The notes under the pieces were generated by a model. That model did not search any database and was not told where the DNA came from. It was given only the letters and a program-made list of their open reading frames with translations. A program made the position numbers and the translations under genes. A stretch of 20,000 nt of DNA, from positions 1,317,077 to 1,337,076 of the forward strand of contig MU058451.1 in the NCBI GenBank assembly GCA_013265495.1, in the 5' to 3' direction. Source of the DNA: Vicugna vicugna (lineage: Eukaryota). Every line of letters starts with the position of its first letter. Position 1 is the stretch's first letter. This document shows positions 10,013-20,000 of the stretch, one piece after another.

Positions 10013-10812
10013 ACTCTGCAAGAACTGAACTGGTGGTTTTATTTTACTCTTTTCCACGGGTAGCAAGTGTGTAAAGTTAAACATCATATATCTGTTTGAG
10101 GAGGGACGTTTCCCGTTGAGTAACTGTCGGTAGGTCATTTCTCCTCTGTAAAACTCCTGACATTCAGGAAAGGGAGTAGTTCTGTTTCACACTCCGTAGC
10201 AAAGGTGAGCTCTGGGAATTGTTTGCTGAGTAATTTGCTGTTACGCAATACATCATTTTTATTGGTAATAAGGCAGATGTCACCAACAGCGGAGTTTGTC
10301 CAAGGCTGGCTCTGAAATTTCCTTTAAGGCATTATGCTCCCAATCAGGCAGAAAATCATCGTCAGCTATTGCAGATTGAAAGATCACGTTGCAGCGTCCA
10401 AGGACTGTTTATGACTTTTCCAGCTATACGCAGAGTGGGTGGTGGAGAGTGGCCTTGTGCAAGCGTATTTGTTCCAGATATGATGTATCCAGTGTATAAA
10501 ATTTGGGAAGAAATGCACCATAAAAATATGTCATGTGAAGTTCGTTTTGTGTGAAGCAGATGAGTTTATATCAAGGATGAACCGAAAAAGACCCATTCGC
10601 AAAGTCTGTTTTATAAAGGTGTCTATTTCTAGCAATTTTACCTAGGTCTTAAAAAAAAATCTAAGATGCATGGCTTTAAATGAAAGCTCTTTATGGCTCG
10701 TTTAATTAGAGAGACAGATTTACACGTGTCATTCATTGGAATCTGGTGGGCCCTTCTTAACACACTTAATGACCATTGTGTCACCATCTATACTTTTTCA
10801 AAGTTCTATGCT

Positions 10813-11110
10813 ACATAAATACAAAACAGAAGCAGACTCATAGGCATAGAATACAAACTTGTGGTTGCCAAGGGGGCGGCAGGTGGGAAGGGACAGACTG
10901 GGATTTCAAAATGTAGAATAGATAAACAAGATTATACTGTATAGCACAGGGAAATATATATAAGATCTTATAGTAGCTCACAGAGAAAAAAAAATGTGAC
11001 AATGACTATATATATGTTTATGTATAATTGAAAAATTGGGCTCTACACTGAAATTTGACACATTGTAAAATTATTATCAGTCAATAAAAAATGTTAAAAA
11101 TAAAATAAAT
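10813..11110 (+). mobile_element. Young 5'-truncated L1 3' end, camelid/artiodactyl type, with polyA signal and A-rich tail
   Basis: ACATAAATACAAAACAGAAGCAGACTCATAGGCATAGAATACAAACTTGTGGTTGCCAAGGGG...ATAAACAAGATTATACTGTATAGCACAGGGAAATATAT...GTAGCTCACAGAGAAAAAAAAATGTGACAATG...CTCTACACTGAAATTTGACACATTGTAAAA...CAATAAAAAATGTTAAAAA. This is the cetartiodactyl L1 3' UTR layout; the internal motifs match my recall of camel/alpaca L1. Confidence 0.85.
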
Positions 11111-11382
11111 TTTAAAATTTCTTTAAAAAGAATTTTTAAAAGGTTCAAATTCAACAAATTACTTCAAACTTGGGACAACATGGTACTAACACTATACACT
11201 AAGCTTGTGACTTTCAGTCTCCCAGGAATGTAGGCGGATCTTCTTCTCATACCAGGAGCTAAGAGCAGCAGAGCCAGAATACAAACGTCACCTTTGCATC
11301 ACAAGAGTGGTGAGATGGCTCATGACCAACACTGTGCCAAGCCATACATTCTCTTGCTGCTTTGTTAGTACAATAAGGACTC

Positions 11383-11803
11383 TGTATTTCTAAAGGTAAC
11401 ACTAACTGGTAGAGATACCACCCTAATATTTCCATGGCTTTAACAAAATTAAAGATTATTTCCTCTCACGTCACAGTCCAATGCGGATGTTCCCAGTCAA
11501 GTGATTCTATCCCAAGTGGTGATTGAGGAGCCCAGGCTTCTTCAGTCCTGTGGTTCCATCATTGTCAACATAAAATAGCCCTAGGGGATGATATTCATTA
11601 GGGAAGGGAGAGAATGGAAGTGTCTGGGGCACTCATCCCATTGGCCCACATGCCGTTGGTCAGAACACAGTCACACAGCCTGACCTAGATGCAAAGAATG
11701 CTGGAAAATGTAGTCCCCCATTGGGCAGCTACTTCCCAGCAACTCCACCTATGGAGGCGAGGCAAGCAGGGAACTTCAGTGGACAGCTAGCCACCTCCAC
11801 CAG
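11383..11803 (-). mobile_element. MLT1K-like MaLR solo LTR
   Basis: CTCACGTCACAGTCCAATGCGGATGTTCC, GGTGATTGAGGAGCCCAGGCTTCTTC, CCTAGATGCAAAGAATGCTGGAAAATGTAGTCCC, GGGCAGCTACTTCCCAGCAAC and GTGGACAGCTAGCC are colinear with the recalled reverse-strand MLT1K/J consensus. Confidence 0.8.
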
Positions 11804-12114
11804 AGAGCAGAGACGTGAAGATCTCATGTTCACATTCTCTTCCTCTCTCCCTCATTCTTTCCTCAACACTTGGTTACTTGTTTTAGGGATTAGAAAGTAG
11901 GGTAAAACCTACAGTAAAAATAAACAAAAACAGTAAATAAGAAAAATCTTATTTTGTGGGATTTGCTAAAAGTCTCCAAGCAAGAGTAGTTCTTTGCTCT
12001 TGTTTTTGTGATAGCCAACTTGCTAGTGACTTAAGACTTTAAGTATTTGAGCTTAATTAATATAAAGAAAATGTCTGTACCAGCCTCCATCCTTCCCCCA
12101 CCTCCATGCCCATC

Positions 12115-12210
12115 AACCAGGCTGGGAGCTCATGGAGTCAGGCACACAATTCTTCTCAGTGTCCAAAATGTCTAGCACATAGTATGTGCCAAATACATCT
12201 TTGAAAGTTG
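12115..12210 (+). mobile_element. L2 3' end fragment
   Basis: CAGGCTGGGAGCTCATGGAGTCAGGCAC...TGTCTAGCACATAGTATGTGCCAAATACATCTTTGAA resembles the L2 terminus. Confidence 0.55.
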
Positions 12211-12499
12211 GCCTATCCTCGTGCATGGATAAGGGAGCATTTGTGGGAGTGCATATATAAATGTAACCTTGTTTCCTGTTGGAGATCATTTTCAAGAGTA
12301 GATAATAAATACATTCCTTAAAATGTTTGTAATCCGATTTTATAAAAAGAAAAGGGGATATGCAAAAATCTAAATTTGAAAATTAACCTTAAAAAGAGAC
12401 AAATGCTAAAACTGGGGCTTCCAAGAACAAGAGGAGACTTTTTTATGAAGTAAGGAAAATGTATTTCAATCACACAGATGATTTATGCTTATCAAGTTA

Positions 12500-12870
12500 A
12501 AAAAATAATGTGTGGCAAATATATTGCAGAAGTATTTTTAAAGGCTAAACATTAAAACAGCAAGAACTATATAACACAGCACTTAGGATATTTGAAAAAA
12601 AATTAAAAAGTTTCCACAATAATAACAACAACAAACAAACAATTCAAGAAACCAAATGCAAATGTGTATGCCCACAAGAAAAAGCTGGCATTGATTGCTC
12701 AAAGATAAATCCAGAGAGAGAACTAAGCTAAGACATATAAGAGTAAAGGTAAAGAAAATGAAAAGACGTGCTTGTGTTAAAAAAAAAAAAAAAGACAAAC
12801 GCTAGTGTTTCCATTTAGTTACATAGACAAATACATCTTTTTATTTTTTTAAATAAAATATTTACTTTAA
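12500..12870 (+). mobile_element. Highly decayed old L1 (near the start of ORF2)
   Basis: A-rich strand bias. AGACATATAAGAGTAAAGGTAAAGAAAATGAAAAGAC...GCTAGTGTTTCCATTTAGTTACATAGACAAATACATCTTT resembles L1 endonuclease-region sequence (GACACAAATAGGTTGAAAGTAAAAGGATGGAAAAAGAT...GCTGGAGTAGCTATATTAATATCAGACAAAATAGACTTT). Confidence 0.45.
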
Positions 12871-13394
12871 AAATACTGAGGCCAAGCCATGCTTTGTAAA
12901 TGGGCAGGAAACCACTTTGTGTAGGAAATCATTTGATAAAATCTAGGTTAAGAATAATTGGCCAACATCTCTGAAAAGACTTGGGACAGAGACAGGAAAG
13001 AACCAGCACTGCTCATAATTAGAAGAAAAGGAAAAGCCTTTGCCTTTCATGACTGGGTAAGGAGGAAAAAGAACCCAAACAAAATCCATTCGCACTCACA
13101 GACATGGAGGGTCTAGGTTCTCAAGAACAAATTCCACCAGGCTGTGCAAGGATCTGCCTCTAACGAAGGAGAAGCCAGCATAGGGCTGAGGGAAGGATTC
13201 CACATTCCTTTACTCTGCATATTCATCAGTGGACCCAGCAAAGCACCCGAGACCACTTAACTCTTAAGTATCTTCACACCCATGAAGCATTTCTTTCTGG
13301 GAAAATGGGTGGTGGAAAATCAGCATCTATCTTAGAAACCTCACATAAGTTAGCAGGCAGGGATTGGTCCTCTCAATGGGTACCATTTTCAAGT

Positions 13395-13668
13395 GACCTC
13401 TGCATGCTGCTTTCTCAGGGAAGCCCCAGGCAGATCTTAATGGATTTCCCAGCTGCCCTGATGCCTCTTGTTCGTAGCCTTTATCTTGATCGTAATTTAT
13501 ATCATTTGGGGGAGTGATGATGCGTTTAATATTTGTCTTCCCCGCTAGACCAAACGCTCAGAGAAGGCAGGGCTTCTGAGTGTGGTCTGTTGCTGCATTT
13601 CTAATATCAAACACTGTCTCTGGCAAATAACAGGCTCCCAATAAATGTTGCTTAGTGAAGGAGTAATC
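13395..13668 (+). mobile_element. L2 (L2a/L2b-like) 3' end
   Basis: TTTCTCAGGGAAGCC...TTTAATATTTGTCTTCCCCGCTAGACC...AAGGCAGGG...TCTGGCAAATAACAGGCTCCCAATAAATGTTGCTTAGTGAAGGA is a typical L2 terminus. Confidence 0.8.
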
Positions 13669-13689
13669 TGAGGATTGGAAGAATGTTCG

Positions 13690-14025
13690 TCCCTCCACTC
13701 TTCACTTGGTATATCCCTCCTCTTACTTCAGAACTTGACTTAAGCATGGCTTTCTCAGGAAAGCCTTCCTTGATCCCCCAGATGAAGCCAAATCTACCTG
13801 TTCTGTCACTGTTTTTGTCAAAGTTGCAATTTTATACTTACTAACGGGAGTAACTGATTAATGCCTCTTCCCGCAATAGTCTGAAAGATTTATGAAAGTA
13901 GATCATTTTATTCCTAGTACCTAGCATAGTGATCAGCATATAGTTGGCTGAATTTAATTAACCAGCATATAATTGGCTCCTATAGTTGAATGAAGGAACA
14001 AATAAATGAATATGTGAATGAGTGA
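13690..14025 (+). mobile_element. L2 (L2a/L2b-like) 3' end, second copy
   Basis: TTCTCAGGAAAGCCTTCCTTGATCCCCCAG...GATTAATGCCTCTTCCCGCAATAGTCTGAAAG...TTCCTAGTACCTAGCATAGTG...GTTGAATGAAGGAACAAATAAATGAATATGTGAATGAGTGAA, ending in the L2 TGAA-repeat tail. Confidence 0.8.
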
Positions 14026-14261
14026 AGAGAACGGTATTTATAAAGTTTGCCGTTAAACATATCCTAAATCTGGAGATAGTCCATTTGCATATTATTCGAG
14101 AATAAAAATGTAAAGTGATCTTTTAAATTGATATGGTAATGAAAAACAAAATGTGCAGTAACATAATAAGGCTAAAATATAAAATGCACAATGTAATAAT
14201 GAGAATAATATACATTAGATACATCTTTGCTAGACAGGAGTGAAGTCAAAGTTCTGAGATT

Positions 14262-14393
14262 AACAATTGAAAAAGAATAAGGAAAGGAAAATATATATAT
14301 ATATGTATATATGTACAACTGAATCACTATGCTGAACACCTGAAATTAACACATTATAAATCAATTTATACCTTAATAAAAAAATTTTAAAAA
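14262..14393 (+). mobile_element. Very short artiodactyl-type L1 3' end
   Basis: GAAAAAGAATAAGGAAAGGAAAATATATATATATATGTATATATGTACAACTGAATCACTATGCTGAACACCTGAAATTAACACATTATAAATCAA...AATAAAAAAA matches the cetartiodactyl L1 terminus. CTGAGATT occurs on both sides (14254-14261 and 14402-14409). Confidence 0.85.
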
Positions 14394-15599
14394 CCCCAAT
14401 ACTGAGATTCCAAAATTATGTGGGAGAAATTCTCAAGGACTAGGTTGAGTGAGCACCAACGAGAAAGAAGCGTGTCCCTATCTGGCTACCCCACTGCATA
14501 CAGTTAAAGAAAACTTGAAGCAGATTCAGGGGAATATCCATCTGAAGAATGAATCAGGGAATGAAAATTAATCCTTAAGAACATGTTAAAAGGACTAGTG
14601 CACCTGAGCTCCAAGGACAAGGAAAGAGGCAGCACCCTTCATGTAAAACCTTTTACACTGAGATGCTATTAGTGAGCTATTTCCAACTCTTCTGTTGCCA
14701 GAGCGATAAAAATGAACAAAATTCAGCAAGTGGGATCTATAGTAGAAGTAAGGATAATTATTTGGAATTGAGCCTTTCAAACTTTGGACTAACTGATGAA
14801 GGGCACTGTGCTCCTCTCAAAAGTGTATAGGGGAAGGTCTCTTCTCAGTGGAATGGGATGATTTAGGGGCAGTCAGGGGAGGAGGTCCAGGACAAAGACC
14901 TTCGTGACCTCTGCAGTGCCCTCTACCTTCACACTGAATAATGAGAGTGAGCTGGATAAGGAAAAACTGTTTTTCCATGGAAATCTTTTATGCCTTCACT
15001 GTAAATTTGCTCTGTGTTCAACCACATGATCTGCCTACTTTGTTAGTGAAACATCTTCAGGGGTTTACATGAAAGGAGACAATCATAGCAGATTTATCCA
15101 GAATGTGAGTCATAATACAGGATTACTGGATCATATGGAATCCAATGGTGATTATTTCAAATTTGGGGTCAGGAATTATAAATTGAGACTGAGGAAAAAT
15201 TCATACTATTAAACCAGAAACAGACTGAAATTAGTGCTAAGTTTATGAAATACAAAGTTTTCAAAAGTTAAGTAACTGTTGATCAAGTGTCTCAAGTATT
15301 AAGAAAGCTAGTTTTTTTTGTCCTGAGAAATTTGAAGATATCACTGGTTCATGATAGAATATGGAACTGCCTTGTGACCAGCTAGTTCACGTTATTTTTT
15401 CATTCAGTGTCAAGAGAGTATGAACTGAGCACCCATCCTTGTGTGTGCGAAGTCAAGTGTGAAGTTCTGTGGAACTCAAGAAATTTAAAGCAGGAAACCC
15501 TCCCTCATGAGGTCTGCAAACTAACCTTTGGATTCAGTGTATCAGAAACTGGATTTAGCGAACTAGAAAGTATCTATGTTTATTCTGCCCTAATATAAT

Positions 15600-15710
15600 T
15601 AAACTCATTTATTTATTGATTCTTTCAATCAACAAATATTTATTGAAAGAGAAATGAAGCTATATTTTATCTCAAGGAGTTCTGGGTTTAGTAGGAAAGA
15701 AAATCAGTTC
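15600..15710 (-). mobile_element. L2 3' end fragment with internal deletion
   Basis: CATTTATTTATTGATTCTTTCAATCAACAAATATTTATTGA is the reverse-strand L2 tail, followed by ATCTCAAGGAGTTC...TTTAGTAGGAAAGA. Confidence 0.6.
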
Positions 15711-15751
15711 ACACCAATATCCAGGATATCAGGCAATCCACTTTCAATGCC

Positions 15752-16200
15752 CAAGGCAGATACTGTAGGTTGGCTCTCTCTCAACACCACCATTCCCAAA
15801 CCACTTTTCTTTGTTTTCCTAATCTATCATAAAAACTAGAAAGCCAAATGCTTGATTTTGTAGACTCTCTTGCAGTGAGGGTGGCCTTGTGACACAGTCT
15901 TCTCCCAAAGGATGCAGGGCAAAGTCTGCCGAGGGAGACTGAGCAAAAGCTTTTGCTTTCCAGACAAAAACAGACACAATCTTTTGTTATCCTTCCTAAG
16001 CTTCCTATCTGAGATGAAAAACGATACGTAAAGAAACAGCAGCCATCTCGCGTCAAGAGGCAAGAAGAGTAAGAATAAAAAGTCAACATGACAAGTCTCG
16101 TGTAATCTTGGTGTCTAAGGACACCAGTGATCAGTGGTATCAACTCTAGCAAGGGCCCAACTCCAGACCTGGAAAGAAACAAAGTCCCTCCGTTTGCCCT
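15752..16200 (+). mobile_element. MLT1J/MLT1I-like MaLR solo LTR
   Basis: GGCAGATACTGTAGGTTGGCTC, AGACTCTCTTGCAGTGAGGGTGGCCTTGTGACACAGT, AAAGCTTTTGCTTTCC, GCAGCCATCT and CAACTCCAGAC are colinear with the recalled MLT1J/I consensus. Confidence 0.8.
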
Positions 16201-16214
16201 GAGATAAAATAAAA

Positions 16215-16340
16215 CATACCTAGGAAACATTTATTGTGTCTTCACTGTGCTCTAGAAACTATGTTAGGTGCCAGGGATATAAACATTAACTGTCTCAACC
16301 TTTCAGGAACTCACTGTTAGTTGGGAAAAGAGGCAAGCTG
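16215..16340 (-). mobile_element. L2 3' end fragment
   Basis: AAACATTTATTGTGTCTTCACTGTGCTCTAGAAACTATGTTAGGTGCCAGGGATATAAA...CTTTCAGGAACTCACTGTTAGTTGGGAAAAGA is a reverse-strand L2 terminus. Confidence 0.75.
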
Positions 16341-17732
16341 CCATAGTTTCTATGAGGCAAGCTTGTCACTGCACAATGGAGCCATGAAGGAGGGATTCCA
16401 GCCAAAGCTGCACAAAGTCAGTGCCATGAGCTGACAGTCATTAAAATGGGGTTTGCATTTTTACTTACTAGTTTTACCTAAGTAAAACATCCTTTATACT
16501 TTATTAACTAACAATCAATTTCTTCTCATATTACCTTTTACTATATAAATAAAATAAAAGTTTTGAATTAACTCTTCTAAGAACAGAGTATTTGTGCCGT
16601 AGCTGTGCCATTAAAAATTGTCTTGGAAGCACAGAGCTGATTTTTTGGCATAATGCTGTGCATAGCACAGGTCAGTCTTGGAGTCAGCAGGAATTTATTT
16701 TTAGAAGCAGAAAAACAGCTCTTATATAAGGTGGTCTTATAAACCATCTGGCCCTCGAGCCCACAGCATGGCTCCTAAGGATATTACTGAAATAAAATTC
16801 TGGATTAAAAAAATATTTTTTAAATGATTTAGAAAAGAAAAATATAGTTGCATATTTTTAGGAAAGATAAAATTCGTGTATTAAAATTAAAAAGTTGTTT
16901 TATTTTATACTCTACTGAAGAGATGAGGAAAACTTAGAAGAAAATTAATTCCTCCTGTAATTTTAGCCATTGAGCCCCCACAACCCCCAATTATTCCTAA
17001 GGTGGTTTCTATACACAGTACATCCTCATTTTTAGATCCTGGGAAGGACAAGGCTCTTTGCTTCAAGTCTTTTGACTTCCACCCCCTCCCCCCATCCCTC
17101 CACCAACCCCCGGTGACTTTTCATTCAACACCTCCGGGAGCAAATGAGTTTCTTTTGTCTAAAATTGTCTAGACAGATACAAGGGGACAGGGAGATCACC
17201 AGACTGCTTTTTTTTTTTTTGCTTGGTAATTGAGGCTGTATTAACTTACTCCATCCCAGTTCATACAAAAGACTTTGAAAACTGCTAATGTAAATCCACG
17301 TATTTAGATAAAACTATAGTGCTTACTTGTCCCTTATCTGGTGGTGCCTGAACATTATGAATATCCTTTTAGCAGGAATAATCTCCTATTTGGCTCATGA
17401 TGAAAAATCTTTGTGCTTAAATCTCTTTGCTCACAAAGCCCTAAAGTACAGGAACTCTTCTGCTCTTGGGGGTCTACTTGAGAGCAGAAAGCCTGATTAT
17501 TACACTCCTGTGTTTTAGCTGAAATGTAGGCTTTGTTTTCACGTTCCGGGAGCTTTTTCAGCTTCAGCAAGATTTTAATAGTAATTTTTATTCACAAAGA
17601 GAGTGACAAGAATTCCTCTCCACTCATTAGTGGACAAACAGATGACCTTGAAAACTGGCAATCTGCATCCACTCCTAAGGATGGCAGCTGGATAATAAAG
17701 AAATGTTCCAGGGCTCTGAAGTGACTGCTTTC

Positions 17733-17909
17733 TGCATATGTACTTACACACATGTGCACACAGGTATGTGTGTGAGATGCTATGTATATTAGTGTATGTG
17801 TATCAGTGTGTATTGACATGTTAGTGCATGTGCCAGTGTGTATGGTGGTGTGTGTGTGCACCTATCGGTGTGTGTTGGTATATGTGTTGTGTATGTTGGG
17901 GTATGTGTT
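17733..17909. repeat. Degenerate (TG/TA)n low-complexity tract
   Basis: About 175 bp of interrupted TGTG/TATG units. It accounts for the H/T-rich and C/V-rich ORFs here. Confidence 0.85.
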
Positions 17910-18630
17910 ACAAACACAGGGGCAAGGATAAACCCCCAAGTAGGAATAGGAAATTTGATGAGCATATTAAACAAGGAAGTCTGGGTTCTGGGTTTTTTAC
18001 TTCCATGAAAACGCTAGCTGGACCTATTCCATAAAGCTCTGGGGCAAAGAAGACGTTGGGAAGAGAGGAATCAATTGAGAAGGAGGAAAAGCAAGAGTGA
18101 GGAGAGAGTGAGTGAGCTAAATAGGGAGGGAGAGAAAGTACTCGGAGGAGGCTGGAAAGGCAGCAACACTCCCTGAGCCCAGGGATGCCCCTGGCTTCCC
18201 CACGGAACGTTGAGAGTAGAATGTGCAGGAAAAATGATTGAAAGGTCAAGTTCAACCACACGGGCTGAAATCCATCTCACCTCCGTTCTGCTTTGCTCTC
18301 TTTCTGAGGAACATTAATGATCAGCCTGATGAAGGCGAGCACTGGGCCAGGACACCTGAAAGCTTCTGAGATGCGGGTGACTGCCTGGGGCTGGACCACA
18401 GCATCCTCCTGTGGATGCAGCACTGGTCCCAGGAAGAAAGGGGGAGTTGCCCCGGGGGGCTGATTCTCTTTGTGTGTGGGGTGGTGGGGGGAGGACAACC
18501 GAGGCAGAGGGAAGCACAGTTCCCCAGCAGAGTGAGCGCTGTTGGGTAGTCCTACCTGTTTTTATCTTGAGATCTTACTAACGGCATTTTATTATGATTA
18601 CTAGTAAAGATTTAGTCATATTATTTATCT

Positions 18631-18650
18631 ACACACACACACACACACAC
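18631..18650. repeat. (AC)10 microsatellite
   Basis: Read directly. Confidence 0.95.
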
Positions 18651-19744
18651 AAAATCCTAGAGACTTGCCCTGCAAAACAAAAACTTTAATTGCATTTAAA
18701 TATAAGGGAGGTTAAAAATAAATAAATAAGGGGCATATTTGCAGAGATAAACGTTCATGGCAAATGTGAAAATGGGGTTTGGACCAAGGTCACAGGTAAC
18801 ATAATTAACAACAAGAAAACCACTGAAGGATTTGTGAGAAATATACCCTAAAAGGCCTCAGAAGGGTGATGGGCTTTCCGTGTCCCCTCATTCCTCGTGC
18901 TCAGCCCCCACGTCAATCATTTCCCTCCCAGCGGTCACTAACCTGGCTATTTGTCTGTTTCCACACTACTGCATCACAAAACATCATGCCCACTTGCCTG
19001 GAAAAGATAATATCTCACACATATGGGGCCTGCCTTTGATCTCTGTGGTCGAGCTAGGGGTCAGAGGCCTGCCTTCTCCAGGCCCTTACTTCAAATGATT
19101 CCTTTCATTTACTGAGAAACCAAAAGTTAGAAGGGCAAAGGCAGGAAAAATAAAAGCCATGATTTAATAGCAATTTATGTGTTTGGCCTATTTCAGTTTG
19201 GGTTTTATTCCCTTTGGGGCACATCTAACTCGCCCTCCCTCCCCCATCATTTGTTTGTTTTTGCAGCCCTCAGACAAATTGGCCCTCAAAGGGATGCTCT
19301 TAGATCCTCTTCCTTCACTTCTGCTGCTCCATTTTGTCAACATAGCATTCAAGACTTAATTCACTCTCTTGTTGAGAGGAAGGAAATATTGTATATAAGT
19401 CACAAGACACAACTCTGGAGGAGACTCTTGTAAATTCCATGTTTTACATTGTGGACATAAATGGCTTTTTTCAAACTCACATGATTCACTGAGGGAATGT
19501 TCTGTTTGTACACAAATGGGGAAAGGAGACAGAGGATGAAGCAAGTTGGACCCCAAATTGGAGTGGAACTTACCCAGGGAAAAAGATTTTATGATATTTT
19601 CTTTCATGAAAAAAATAAAAATTATAGTATCAATGGCTGTTTCAGATTTTAAAAGTATGAATTTTCATGTGAGTTATAATCATTTGTTTTGCAACTATTT
19701 CACAGGGTCATTAGCGATCAGCCCAGCGCTATACTTCACTGCAT

Positions 19745-19890
19745 AATAACGTGGAACGTTCGCATTTATTAAGGGCATCCCTTGTGTACCAGGCACTGAG
19801 CAAGGCGCTCAGTTACCTTTACTTCAAGTCATCTTCACAAATAAGCCTGTGAGACAGACTGTATTATTCCACTTTTTAAAATGACAAGCA
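19745..19890 (-). mobile_element. MIR SINE fragment
   Basis: CATTTATTAAGGGCATCCCTTGTGTACCAGGCACTGAGCAAGGCGCT...CATCTTCACAAATAAGCCTGTGAGACAGACTGTATTATTCCACTTTTTAAAATGA matches reverse-strand MIR. Confidence 0.8.
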
Positions 19891-20000
19891 GTTTGTTGGT
19901 GAGTTGCAAAGAAAAATGCAAGCCACTCTGATTCTTCTTGAATTGACAGCTCCCCTGGTGAGACTGACTGGAATGGATGTGCTTTACTGAAAAAAAAAAA

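Noticed and set aside
15781..16230. Longest ORF (149 aa, minus strand)
   Set aside because: It lies antisense within an MLT1 LTR and resembles no protein I know; most likely a chance open frame.
13690..16340. Oppositely oriented L2 3' ends as a miR-28/miR-151-type hairpin source
   Set aside because: The copies are more than 1.5 kb apart and highly diverged, whereas L2-derived miRNAs of that type need adjacent tail-to-tail copies.
16330..16368. Direct repeat GAGGCAAGCT forming two p53 half-site-like decamers
   Set aside because: The 14-bp spacer is too long for a typical p53 element, and one half-site is imperfect.
17592..18034. His/Thr-rich and Cys/Val-rich ORFs that look like metal-binding peptides
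   Set aside because: They are translations of the degenerate TG tract.
1..20000. A novel multi-gene system, CRISPR array or prokaryotic operon
   Set aside because: The DNA is mammalian and repeat-rich. The longest ORF is 149 aa, and there are no regularly spaced direct repeats or recognisable protein domains.
19990..20000. A-run at the window edge as a retrocopy tail
   Set aside because: It is truncated by the window, with no nearby upstream AATAAA or recognisable element.

Overview
AT-rich, CpG-poor mammalian non-coding DNA (intronic or intergenic). I find no credible protein-coding gene, RNA gene, CRISPR array or prokaryotic system. The listed ORFs are short and unrecognisable, and many overlap repeats. 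The window is largely a mosaic of old eutherian repeats: MIR, L2, L1MC4-type and other L1M fragments, an LTR33-like ERVL LTR, and two MLT1 MaLR LTRs. It also holds microsatellites and two younger 5'-truncated L1 3' ends that resemble artiodactyl (probably camelid) L1. No Alu, B1/B2, Bov-tA or PRE-1 SINE was recognised. The most unusual structures are a perfect 17-bp hairpin at the LTR33 end, possibly from template switching (5427-5472), and a ~180-bp segment flanked by inverted repeats nested in an old L1 (3616-3800). Several unique-sequence motif clusters may be enhancers. Repeat names come from my recall of consensus sequences, not a database search, so subfamily calls and boundaries are approximate.
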